Shown here one piece after another: positions 24,645 to 34,083 of a stretch of 64,000 bases of DNA. Location of the stretch: the NCBI GenBank assembly GCA_963841015.1, contig CAWJAX010000003.1, forward strand, positions 96,001 to 160,000. The letters run 5' to 3'. Below the pieces are notes generated by a model. That model was not told the DNA's origin and searched no databases. It worked only from the letters and a program-made list of their open reading frames with translations. This DNA comes from an uncultured Methanoregulaceae archaeon. Lineage in GTDB: Archaea > Halobacteriota > Methanomicrobia > Methanomicrobiales > Methanospirillaceae. The first letter of the stretch is position 1; each line of letters starts with the position of its first letter. A program made the position numbers and the translations under genes.

Positions 24645-24752
24645 AGAATAGTATACTATTTCAAAAACGATAAAGCTAATCGGCAAAAGAATAGAGGAGA
24701 TTTTTAAAAATTTCTTTTTTAGAAGTGATGAGAGATTATAACTTTTAACCCA

Positions 24753-24826
24753 AGCCTATGCCGAGATTTGAACTCGGGACTTCCTCCTTACCAAGGAGGC
24801 ACACTGCCAGGCTGTGTCACATAGGC
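24753..24826 (-). tRNA. tRNA-Thr (GGT)
   Basis: Acceptor stem GCCTATG/CATAGGC, anticodon arm CCTCC-TTGGTAA-GGAGG, T-loop TTCAAAT. Confidence 0.96.
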
Positions 24827-25009
24827 TCACTTTTTATTTCGACATGCCCATCTACCTGTCATCCTTCTCAAGGACGTGCTGTGTCACAAAGCCCCTAGGC
24901 AGATTGCCTAACTACGTTGTTAGTAATCCCTATAAAACATTGCGGAACCTGAGAACTAAATCAGATCTTCTCTTTTTTTTAAAAACGATATTCTCCATCA
25001 CTTAGGAAT

Positions 25010-25729
25010 TTATGCAGGACCACGCATATTGAGCCTCTGGATGCTTTTAAGAACACCATCAAATGTTGCCACTTCTATAACCGGCATTACCCCGTTTTTC
25101 TTTATAGCCTTCATGACTGGATCAAAATCTATGGTGCCTTCCCCAATGGCGACATGGGAATCTTCTTTACCGTTGTTGTCATGCAGATGGTAATGCCCGG
25201 CAGGTACCTGGAGAAACTCTGCAAGACAGAAATTCAGGTGTGCATGACCCACATCCAGAGCGAATGGAGTGTCCCCAATCAGACGTAGTTCATCAGGAGT
25301 TTTCAAGAAGAAATAATCCCAGTTGCCCATATTTTCGATAAAAAATGGTACGGAATATTCAATTGCAAGGCCGGTGAGATCTGCTATCGAGGTCCCCAGC
25401 TGCCGCTCTGCCTTCGTTCGCTCTTCTGCCCATGCAAAATATCCCGGATGCACGATAACCCTCGCATTTACCTCTGCTGCAATTAAAAAACACTGTTCTA
25501 TCACTTCAACACTTGCCCGTCGTATAGGTTCAAGAAGACTTGCGATATTGGTTCCCCTGCAGGGCGCATGGATGGAAAAATGCGTGGAATAACTCAGGAG
25601 AGGTTCACTGTTTTCCAGATAATGCAGGCCTTCATCCATAATCTCTATATGGTCTGAAATGCCGGAGATTCTGTCAAGTGCGTTCGTAAGTGGTTCCTGG
25701 TGAAGACAGAATGTGGAAATACCGAACAT
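25010..25729 (-). CDS. Sugar phosphate isomerase/epimerase (xylose isomerase-like TIM barrel)
   Basis: SIHAP, VHPG, IENM, LDVGHA, HLHDNNG.EDSH...GEGTIDF motifs. Confidence 0.88.
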   Translation of the reverse strand: MFGISTFCLHQEPLTNALDRISGISDHIEIMDEGLHYLENSEPLLSYSTHFSIHAPCRGTNIASLLEPIRRASVEVIEQCFLIAAEVNARVIVHPGYFAWAEERTKAERQLGTSIADLTGLAIEYSVPFFIENMGNWDYFFLKTPDELRLIGDTPFALDVGHAHLNFCLAEFLQVPAGHYHLHDNNGKEDSHVAIGEGTIDFDPVMKAIKKNGVMPVIEVATFDGVLKSIQRLNMRGPA

Positions 25730-26059
25730 GAAAGAGTGATTTACCTGAAAGCATTTTAAATGTGTACGATACCATGGACCTGAAACGGTAATTTTGAAAA
25801 TCCGGATTTTTTCCCATACAATGTCTCAATATTTGGGACAGCGATTTCGATATCTTCAGCGTTAATCGATTGGCTGTATCATCCCGATTAATATCGGTTT
25901 CCCTGGTTTTTATCTCGCGCCAAAGAATGATGGAGCGTGCAAAAAGAGTAACCAGAATACCAAAAAAAAAGTTACTATGATGAAAAAGTAACATTTACAA
26001 ATTCCAGCATTCCTACCCGTACTCTTATTTCATTTCCCAGTAAATACTTTTAAGATTGC

Positions 26060-27103
26060 ATGACAACGGGACAGGAAATAGCAGACACACTTCACGAACT
26101 GGTTGATCGGGATTTTACCTTTATGCATATCTGCGGCACCCACGAGGCCGCGATAGCCCGGACCGGATTGCGCAGTCTTCTTCCAGAACGCTTGAAGATT
26201 GTCATGGGTCCTGGGTGCCCGGTCTGTATCACTCCCCAAGGTGAAATCGATGCAGCATTATCGCTCGTTGAAAAGGATTACATCATTGCAACGTACGGTG
26301 ACCTGCTCCGTGTCCCGGGATCAAAAGGGTCGCTGGAATCGAGCGGTGGCGATGTCCGGGTTGTACAGGGTGTCCATAAGGCTGTTGAGATCGCACAAAA
26401 GACAAAAAAAGAAGTGGTTTTCATTTCCGTTGGTTTTGAAACCACTGCGCCAACAGTCGCTGCAACCATTCTCTCCCGACCACCCGGGAATTTTTCCATC
26501 CTTTCCTGCCATCGGATTGTTCCCCCGGCGATGAAATGGCTGCTCGAACAGGGAGAAGCGAAGCTGAATGGTTTTATGCTTCCGGGCCATGTCTGCACAA
26601 TAATGGGATACGAAGACTATGAACAGTTCCCCGTCCCGCAGGTTGTTGCGGGTTTTGAACCTGAGGATATCCTGCTTGGTCTGCTTATGCTGGTCCGGCA
26701 GGTCCGCGAGGGGACTCACCGGGTTGACAATGCATACCCGCGGGCAGTCAGTCGTGAAGGCAACCTGAAGGCAAAAAAGATCATGTATGAGGTCTTTGAA
26801 CTCTCGGATGTTGAATGGCGTGGGTTTCCGGTAATTCCAGGTTCAGGATTACGGCTGAAAAAGGAATTTGAACAGTATGATGCACAGAAAAAATTCGGTA
26901 TCGTGTTCAGGCATATCAGCAAACATTCTGCCTGTATCTGTGATAAAATCCTACGGGGGATCGCCCAACCTTCTGACTGTAAACTTTTTTCAAAAGTCTG
27001 CCATCCCCGGACACCCGTCGGACCCTGCATGGTCAGCCATGAAGGTGCCTGTAAAATATGGCATATGTACCAGACGAAAAAACCTGAAACCATATTCGAA
27101 TAA
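26060..27103 (+). CDS. hypD: Hydrogenase maturation protein HypD
   Basis: MHICGTHE, GPGCPVC, GFETT, PGHV and GPCMVSHEGAC motifs. Confidence 0.97.
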   Translation: MTTGQEIADTLHELVDRDFTFMHICGTHEAAIARTGLRSLLPERLKIVMGPGCPVCITPQGEIDAALSLVEKDYIIATYGDLLRVPGSKGSLESSGGDVRVVQGVHKAVEIAQKTKKEVVFISVGFETTAPTVAATILSRPPGNFSILSCHRIVPPAMKWLLEQGEAKLNGFMLPGHVCTIMGYEDYEQFPVPQVVAGFEPEDILLGLLMLVRQVREGTHRVDNAYPRAVSREGNLKAKKIMYEVFELSDVEWRGFPVIPGSGLRLKKEFEQYDAQKKFGIVFRHISKHSACICDKILRGIAQPSDCKLFSKVCHPRTPVGPCMVSHEGACKIWHMYQTKKPETIFE

Positions 27104-27932
27104 ATCCAAGGATGGTGCACCAGGATAGCGGACTGGTCCTCAGGTCAATGGGATAATCGACTCATAGTATTTTGGGAAAACTATTTCATTTAATTATCAG
27201 GTTCTATGAACTAGATACAAAGATCTCTTAAATATTTAATATTGAACGACAAATGGTAAATCATGGCTGCAAAATCGTGCGACACCTGTGATAAAGAAGG
27301 TGTTGGCGGTATCATCTATGGCAACTGTCAACAATTCCTTGCCCGGCGCAGGGAAATTAATCGCCTTGATGTTTGCCTTGAATCTTTTTTCTCATTAAGC
27401 GGGTCTTCTGTAATGCCCGAGTAAGTTTGGCTTCCTTATCTGCGGAATAAAGTAATCACAGGAAAATCTGATTTCAAGATCGATATGGATATCTTCAGGA
27501 TGACCAGCACTCTTCTATAAAGAAATCCCATAATTCTTCCCTATTTTATCAAAATACTCACATTTATCCCCATCTTTTTAAAGGGCTTCCAATGGTGTTG
27601 CAAGACACGATCCCGACTTAAATAGGCTAATGCAGGTGCCAGATGAAAACAAGCTCATGTTTTGGGGTTTAATTTAAAGCGATAATATCGATTATTTTGC
27701 CAATCTGGTGCATTTTCAGGTTTATTTCTGGAGGTAAAAAATCGGGGCGTTTTGCGGGCGTTTTCGGAACCGGATTCCGGGAAACGGGGGTTGATATGGC
27801 CCCGGATTAGGGACGGGGAGAGTATGAAAACTGAAGTCACAAATATAAGATGGAATTTGAAGAGAACGTGTCCTCTCGTTTCTATCCTTGCATTTATATG
27901 GGAGGGAAAGAGAATAAGTAAGGTAAAAGTCT

Positions 27933-28004
27933 GCCTCGGTAGGGTAGTGGACATCCTAGAAGCCTCCGGAGCTTTTGACCCGGGTTCAAATCCCGGCCGA
28001 GGCG
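27933..28004 (+). tRNA. tRNA-Arg (CCG)
   Basis: Acceptor stem GCCTCGG/CCGAGGC, anticodon loop CT-CCG-GA, T-loop GTTCAAATC. Confidence 0.95.
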
Positions 28005-28061
28005 CTTGTTTTTCTGAATTTTAAAAAGGTTCTTTGAGATCAGGTTCTTTCTTGTTATTGT

Positions 28062-28702
28062 TCAGATGACCTGGTTCATGAAAAGCACAATGTATCCACA
28101 GGATGCCAAGCCCATCGCCAGCAACACCCCATAATCCCTGGATCTGATGGTGGATTCCCGCACATGCGTCCTTTTCCCGGTACGGTATCCCCGCATATCT
28201 ATCGTCAGTCCCAGGACGGTCGAGCGGAGCAGGGCGTTTGATACCAAGGGGATTACGATGGGAGCAACACTCCTGATCTTCCCGATAAAGCCGGTCCCCG
28301 GGTTGTAGCCACGGGCCAGCTGCGGTTCATGGATCCGGCTCCCTTCAATCTGCAACGTTGGTATGAAACGGAGTGCGATGATGAACATGAGGATATAATC
28401 CATCGGCATTCTTATCTTTTCGAGCGTGTGCACCAGGTCCCGGGGCTGGGTGGAGAGCAGGAACATCTGGAAGGCAAAGATCAGGATCATGAAGCGGAAC
28501 GTAAGGATGAGCCCGATCTCAATTGCTCCCTGGGTTGTGGAACAAGGTAACCAACGACTGCTCCGTTTGGCATCGTGATGAGCGTGATAATAATGAACAG
28601 TACGCTCATCACAAGGATAAGCTTCGACTGCTGCAGCACTTCATGATGCAGCCGGCTAATCCAGGCGATAGTGAGAAGCGCGATAGTTCCCTTCTGATTC
28701 AA
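28062..28702 (-). pseudogene. Degenerate ECF transporter T component (EcfT/CbiQ-like)
   Basis: IALRFIPTL, QLARG and IDMRGY motifs in 28062-28490; N-terminal TM part is in another frame and shortened. Confidence 0.75.
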
Positions 28703-28791
28703 TAACGTCCAGGTACACCCTCTCTCTTTAGCACTTTCGCACCGCTCAGACCTGAGCCTTATCCATGTCAGAGTGGGAGATATCCGGTGCT

Positions 28792-29301
28792 ATGTTGATC
28801 GAACTCCGTAAGGGGATGACGCTCCATCCAGGCACCTTTAACGCGGTGATCGCACCCGGGAAGGTGCTGGTCTCCGCACTCAACAACAACACGGATCTCC
28901 AGCGTTTCCTCTTCCTGTACGTGAGCGGTAATTACTCACAACTCCTCTCTTCGATCAGCCGGTCATCCAAAAATTTTGAGGTCCGCAGGGCATTCACTGC
29001 TCACCAGCTCTTCACCATACTGAAAAAGGCGAGCCACACGGTCGTCCTCCTTGAGCACGATCCGACACTTTTTGACGGAGCAGAGAATATGCTGCCGCAG
29101 ATCGCGGGAATGCTCAAAGAAGTTGGTCGTGAATCGCTCGTGATCCTGTATACCCCCTCCATCGACCGCTCGTTCTCTGTACTGATGCGGCAAGCCGACC
29201 ACATCATCGAGATCGCACCTGCTGATGAGAGTATCAGATTCCGTTCATCTCGTAATAGCGGGGTTCTCCCGTATGCGCAGCAGACCCTGGAGGTATCGTA
29301 A
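28792..29301 (+). CDS. Degenerate RecA/RadA-fold protein, first gene of the PolB2 cassette (alternative start 28765)
   Basis: YVSGN, VRRAFTAHQL and VVLLEHDP motifs, no intact Walker A; stop overlaps the next start. Confidence 0.7.
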   Translation: MLIELRKGMTLHPGTFNAVIAPGKVLVSALNNNTDLQRFLFLYVSGNYSQLLSSISRSSKNFEVRRAFTAHQLFTILKKASHTVVLLEHDPTLFDGAENMLPQIAGMLKEVGRESLVILYTPSIDRSFSVLMRQADHIIEIAPADESIRFRSSRNSGVLPYAQQTLEVS

Positions 29302-29555
29302 TGGGAAGAAGTTTTGGGAGTGTCCGGCAAGGGGTGAAAAACATTGCAGACCGCTGGGCCCGGTCATCACGGGCACTTAAAAAGGAGGATCAGCAGTACG
29401 GTGAGAGACTGGTGGAACTGGCAAAGAAACATTCGAGCGAAGCGTTCATTGCCTGCGATGATCCGCTCGAAGCTGCGGTCTTCTCGGCACTCGTTGAGAC
29501 CCTCAAGCGCCAGGACCAGATCGAATCGCTCCTGAGGGAAGATGTGGATCATTGA
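29301..29555 (+). CDS. Small helical PolB2-associated protein (arCOG07300-like)
   Basis: MGRSF.SVR...W....RALKKED pattern; overlaps the start of the polymerase gene. Confidence 0.8.
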   Translation: MGRSFGSVRQGVKNIADRWARSSRALKKEDQQYGERLVELAKKHSSEAFIACDDPLEAAVFSALVETLKRQDQIESLLREDVDH

Positions 29556-31536
29556 CTCGGCGTACCGGAATGGAGGAATTGATCTCTGGACAAAGGAGGG
29601 GTCAGTAACAAAAGTCCATCATGATTACCATCCCCCCTTCCTCATCCACTTCCACGACCCGCCCGCTCATCATGAGATGATCGATACCCTTGAAGAGCGC
29701 TATGGTGCAGAGGAGTGCATTATCCATACCCTCTTTGGGGATCTCCCGGGCTACTCCGTCTGTGCAGGCCGTGATGTTGCCGAAACAATCGAAAAACAGG
29801 CTGCATTTGATGTGCAGCTCTTCAATGTTGATGTGCGCCGGGACCAGCGCTTCATGGCGGAGAAGGGGATCTTTCCCTGCAGTGCAGGCAATGATTCAAG
29901 ATTTTCTCCGGAATTCTTGCACAATCTGAAAAGTGTGAAGATCACCATCCACGACAATCCTGCACTTTCCACACTCTTGTCTGATGTTGAAGTGATTCAC
30001 GAATGCACCGAGAGGCTGACCGGCCGGACAAAGAACGTGCTTGCAGATCTCTTTGTCCTCGTAAGGTCGATTGACCCGGATGTAATTCTCATGCCGGATG
30101 CCGATACGTGGATGCCCAGGATTCAGAAGGAAGCACAAAAACACGGAATTGCTATGCCCTTCTCACGAAACGGGAAGTACCGGCAGATGGACGCCCGTTC
30201 GTACTGGAGTTACGGAAGAATGGAGCACAAGGAATCCGCTCTCATTCCTGATGGGCGTATCCTGATCGACACTGAACAGTCTTTCGTATACCAGGAAGGC
30301 GGGCTTGGGGGGGTGCTCATGGCCGCACGACTCTCAGGACTCCCGCCAAACCTTGCTTCCCGTTTCACACCGGGAACCCTCATCAGCAGTTATGAAGTCT
30401 ATGAAGCAGTGAAGCAGGGCATTGCAGTACCGTTCCGGAAGAGCGACCCGGAGATGATCCGGCATGTCTCCCATCTTCAGGCTGCGGACCGGGGCGGGAT
30501 GATGTTCCAGCCGGCACCCGGCATCTACGAAAACGTGGAGGAGATTGATTTCACCTCCCTGTATCCTTCGATTATCGTGCAGTCAAACCTGTCACCCGAG
30601 ACGATCGGGCACCCGGAACGGGCCGGGTTCCTACCCGCAGCGCTGAAACCTCTTCTTGATCTGCGTATCACTACCAAACATTTGAAGAAAACGGATTCCC
30701 GTCTCACTGGTATCGATTCAATCCTGAAGTGGATGCTGGTCACCTGCTTTGGGTATACGGGCTACAAGAACGCGAAGTTCGGGAGGATCGAAGTGCATGA
30801 AGGAATCACGGGGCGGTCCAGAGATATCCTGATTCGCACGAAAGATATTGCAGAAGAAATGGGTTTTACGGTGCTGCACGGGATTGTGGACTGCCTCTGG
30901 GTACAGGGATCTCCAATCGCTCTGCTGAAACAATCGATCGAGAATGAGATTGGAATTCCCACCGAGATCGAACACTTCAACTGGATTGTTTTCCAGCCAA
31001 TGAATGACGGGTCTGGCGCATACAACCGGTATTTTGGCAGGCTGTCCGATGGAAGCGTGAAGGTCAGGGGGATCGCGGCACGGCAACACGATACCCCGGA
31101 GTTCGTCCGCTCGATGCAGAGCCAGATGCTTGAGGTCATGGCGGGTGCCGCAAGCATCGCAGAGCTCGAAGATAAGAAAGAAGAGATCAGGAATATTTTC
31201 CGCAGGACCGTAACGTGTCTTCCCTCAGCAGATCCGAAGGCGATGGTGATCAACCGCCGGATAAGCCGGCTCAGCTATGCTCACCGGTGCATTGAAGGTG
31301 CGGCAGTCCTTGCATACCGGAAGCAGGGGATAGGGATTGCACCGGGCATGAAGATCCGGTATGTAGTGACTGATGCCCGGAGATACCAGGTTGAGACCGA
31401 ATGGAACGCTGCTTATTTTGATCTTCCCTATTACCGTAACCTGCTGGAAAAGGCATGGGATGAAATTGCGTTTGCATTTCGCATATTTCCTCAGGAGAAT
31501 CAGGCAAAAAAGCAGGAATTGTTCAATGCTTTGTAA
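29542..31536 (+). CDS. Family B DNA polymerase, PolB2 group
   Basis: Motif A IDFTSLYPSII, motif B LKWMLVTCFGYTG, variant motif C HGIVDCLWV, KVRGI; no recognisable exonuclease motifs. Confidence 0.92.
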   Translation: MWIIDSAYRNGGIDLWTKEGSVTKVHHDYHPPFLIHFHDPPAHHEMIDTLEERYGAEECIIHTLFGDLPGYSVCAGRDVAETIEKQAAFDVQLFNVDVRRDQRFMAEKGIFPCSAGNDSRFSPEFLHNLKSVKITIHDNPALSTLLSDVEVIHECTERLTGRTKNVLADLFVLVRSIDPDVILMPDADTWMPRIQKEAQKHGIAMPFSRNGKYRQMDARSYWSYGRMEHKESALIPDGRILIDTEQSFVYQEGGLGGVLMAARLSGLPPNLASRFTPGTLISSYEVYEAVKQGIAVPFRKSDPEMIRHVSHLQAADRGGMMFQPAPGIYENVEEIDFTSLYPSIIVQSNLSPETIGHPERAGFLPAALKPLLDLRITTKHLKKTDSRLTGIDSILKWMLVTCFGYTGYKNAKFGRIEVHEGITGRSRDILIRTKDIAEEMGFTVLHGIVDCLWVQGSPIALLKQSIENEIGIPTEIEHFNWIVFQPMNDGSGAYNRYFGRLSDGSVKVRGIAARQHDTPEFVRSMQSQMLEVMAGAASIAELEDKKEEIRNIFRRTVTCLPSADPKAMVINRRISRLSYAHRCIEGAAVLAYRKQGIGIAPGMKIRYVVTDARRYQVETEWNAAYFDLPYYRNLLEKAWDEIAFAFRIFPQENQAKKQELFNAL

Positions 31537-31599
31537 AGACCCTGTCTGTCAGAAATATTCATTGCCTTGACGCACACTCTCACGTATAAGGACTGATGG

Positions 31600-32815
31600 T
31601 TGTTGTTTACACCGGGAAGCAGTGATATTGATAAAGAAGCATTGGCCCTGCATGCCAAAAATCACGGTAAACTGGAGATCCGCTCAAAGGTTCCGCTGAA
31701 AAATAAACATGATCTCTCACTGGCTTACACACCCGGTGTGGCCGAAGTATGCAGGGAAATTGCAAAGGATAAGTATCTAGCATACAAGTATACGATGAAG
31801 GCGAACACAATTGCTATCGTTACTGACGGTTCTGCGGTTCTCGGGCTTGGCAACATCGGGGGATATGCAGCGATACCTGTCATGGAGGGAAAAGCGATCC
31901 TCTTCAAGGAGTTTGCAGACATCGATGCTTTTCCTATCTGTTTTGAAAATTATGAAACGGATTTTACCGACCAGGTAAAAAATATCGCGCCGGTTTTTGG
32001 AGGCATCAATCTTGAGGATATCGCTGCACCCAAATGTTTTGAAGTTGAAGATGCCCTGCAGGACATCGGTATTCCCGTGATGCATGATGATCAGCACGGA
32101 ACAGCCGTTGTTGTTCTTGCAGCACTTCTTAATGCCTGTAAAGTTACCGGGAAAAGGTATGAGGACCTGAATATTGTGATATGTGGAGCCGGAAGCTGCC
32201 GGTTATGCAATCACCCGGTTACTCAAATGCATCGGATATGATCCCAATGTCTGCACTACCGTGCACGAGATTATTGTCTGTGATACGCAGGGGATTATTT
32301 TCCGGGGACGGGAAGGATTGTACAAAAACAAGTACAAGTTCATCCTTGCAGAGGAAACAAATCATCGGTCGCGTGAGGGAAAACTTGCTGATGCGATGCT
32401 GGGTGCCGATGTCTTTATAGGTGTATCAGGACCGGAAATTGTCACAGAAGAGATGATACGGTCAATGAACAAGGATCCGATTGTGTTTGCACTGGCAAAC
32501 CCGGTACCGGAAATCTGGCCTGATGCAGCGATGCATGCCGGAGCGGCTATAGTGGGAACCGGGCGAAGTGATTTCCCCAACCAGATCAATAACGTTCTCG
32601 CATTTCCGGGCATATTCAGGGGGGCGCTCGATGCCCGTGCCACACGGATTAGCGATGAAATGAAGATTGCGGCAGCGCATGCGATTGCAGATTTTCTTAA
32701 AAAACCCCAGAGGGATCGCATCCTGCCAAATATTCTTGACAGGGAAGTGACACAGGCAGTAGCAAAATCTGTGGTGAAGGCTGCGGAGAAGTGCGGTTGC
32801 AGCAGAAAAATATGA
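31600..32815 (+). CDS. NAD(P)-dependent malic enzyme with one +1 frameshift near 32193
   Basis: LSLAYTPGVA, VTDGSAVLGLGNIG, HDDQHGTA, CGAG/AAG at the junction, ANPVPEI and GRSDFPNQINN; one extra A in GGAAGCT. Confidence 0.92.
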
Positions 32816-32881
32816 AAAATATGGCTCTGTAGAATTCCTTATATCAGGGTATTAAGTTTAAAGCACTGGCATGATGATGGA

Positions 32882-33000
32882 GGGGGCAGTGCCTGTCTCC
32901 GCTTGCCATCCTGGTGCTCAAGAGTGATGATTACGTAGTACCTGTTCTGGTCGTATCGCATCTGGGCGGGAGCCAAAGCGGCGGGGGTGAAACCCTCTGA
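32882..33000 (+). repeat. Dispersed intergenic repeat of about 120 bp, copy A
   Basis: Aligns by eye with the reverse complement of 37174-37290 (CAGTGC, AGAG.GAT.AT, CCTGT, TATCGCAT, GGGGTGAAA). Confidence 0.6.
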
Positions 33001-33047
33001 ACGTTCAGGTTTTATAAAAAACATTTCTCCAGAGCCAAAAAACCCCT

Positions 33048-33350
33048 TTAATGGACTTCGTGTTCGTAACGTTGTGCGGCTTCTGCACCTTTCAGACAGA
33101 AATCATGATAGATGAGACCGAGCTCCCGGGTAACCGGACATTTCCTGCAGGTGCAACCCGCATCTTCTGAAATACAAAGCATGCTTTTTCCAGCGATACA
33201 GTAGAGCAATTCGTGATTTTCCTGTGCGCAGCGGTTGTAAGAAGGACATGTCGGGCAGATGCACACCGCCCGCTTTTCATTGGTTATCTGCTTGCGCTCT
33301 TTCGCATTTTTTTCCCAGGACATGTTCAGCCATTGTTCAAATACATCCAT
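33048..33350 (-). CDS. DUF2769-like Cys-rich protein
   Basis: CICPTCPSY, LLYC..GKS..CI, GCTC..CPV and FC..G pattern. Confidence 0.8.
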   Translation of the reverse strand: MDVFEQWLNMSWEKNAKERKQITNEKRAVCICPTCPSYNRCAQENHELLYCIAGKSMLCISEDAGCTCRKCPVTRELGLIYHDFCLKGAEAAQRYEHEVH

Positions 33351-33376
33351 ACAGATCCTTTTTTACCGAGAGTTGC

Positions 33377-33772
33377 TCATCCATAACCCGTGATGTCATA
33401 ATTGATTGTTGTAGAGTTTTTTGCACATTCTTTTCCGTGAATAAGCACGTCATCGACCATTTTTTTTAACAGTGCGGGATAGATTGCTCCTACCATTTCC
33501 TGAACTGGCTTTCCCTCACAGAAAAATTTGAACGTGGGCGTGCTCCGGACACCGTAGCGTTCGGCAGTCCACTGGTTTGTCATGATGTTTATCCGGACAA
33601 AGACAACAGAATCCTTGTACTCAACTGCGTAATTCTTAAAATAGGGCTCCATCTGGTGACAGAATGCACACGTTGGACTGTAGAACATGACCGCCACAGG
33701 TTTTGTTCCTTTCTCTACGGTTTTTTCCCAGCTGAGGTCATCGGCTTCCACCAGCGGTTCTTCTGCCATCAA
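33377..33772 (-). CDS. Thioredoxin family protein
   Basis: FYSPTCAFC (CxxC) and YGVRSTPTF cis-Pro motif. Confidence 0.9.
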   Translation of the reverse strand: MMAEEPLVEADDLSWEKTVEKGTKPVAVMFYSPTCAFCHQMEPYFKNYAVEYKDSVVFVRINIMTNQWTAERYGVRSTPTFKFFCEGKPVQEMVGAIYPALLKKMVDDVLIHGKECAKNSTTINYDITGYG

Positions 33773-34083
33773 ATCCCCTCTCAGCCAGACATTAGAGGAT
33801 GCTGCTCATATAGTTTGTCCTCAATCGAGCACACGGGACAGTGATGACTAATAATTGCCGGCTCCGGAACGTTCCCGGAATTCCGCCAATGGACTAGGAG
33901 GAATATGGTAATATACCGAAGTGAGAATTTTCGATTCCGGGGATTATAAAAACAAAGACCAGCAGAGACCAATCATAAGGTGATGCAGGCAATCCTGCGC
34001 ATTTATTGGGAAGGGAAGCCATATCCAATCAATAACACGGATTGAAAATTTAGCTTTGTAAAAAACACTGGAGTGATTATTCA

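Noticed and set aside
28733-28738. ANTTTC UV-responsive element before the PolB2 cassette
   Set aside because: A six-base motif described in Sulfolobales; expected by chance.
31600-32815. Malic enzyme as two genes or a programmed frameshift
   Set aside because: One extra A splits the GAGAAG nucleotide-binding motif; no slippery site, and the same error type occurs elsewhere.
32870-33000. Box C/D sRNA (ATGATGA, GTGATGA, CTGA)
   Set aside because: Box spacing is much longer than in archaeal C/D guides and the boxes are not kept in the second repeat copy.
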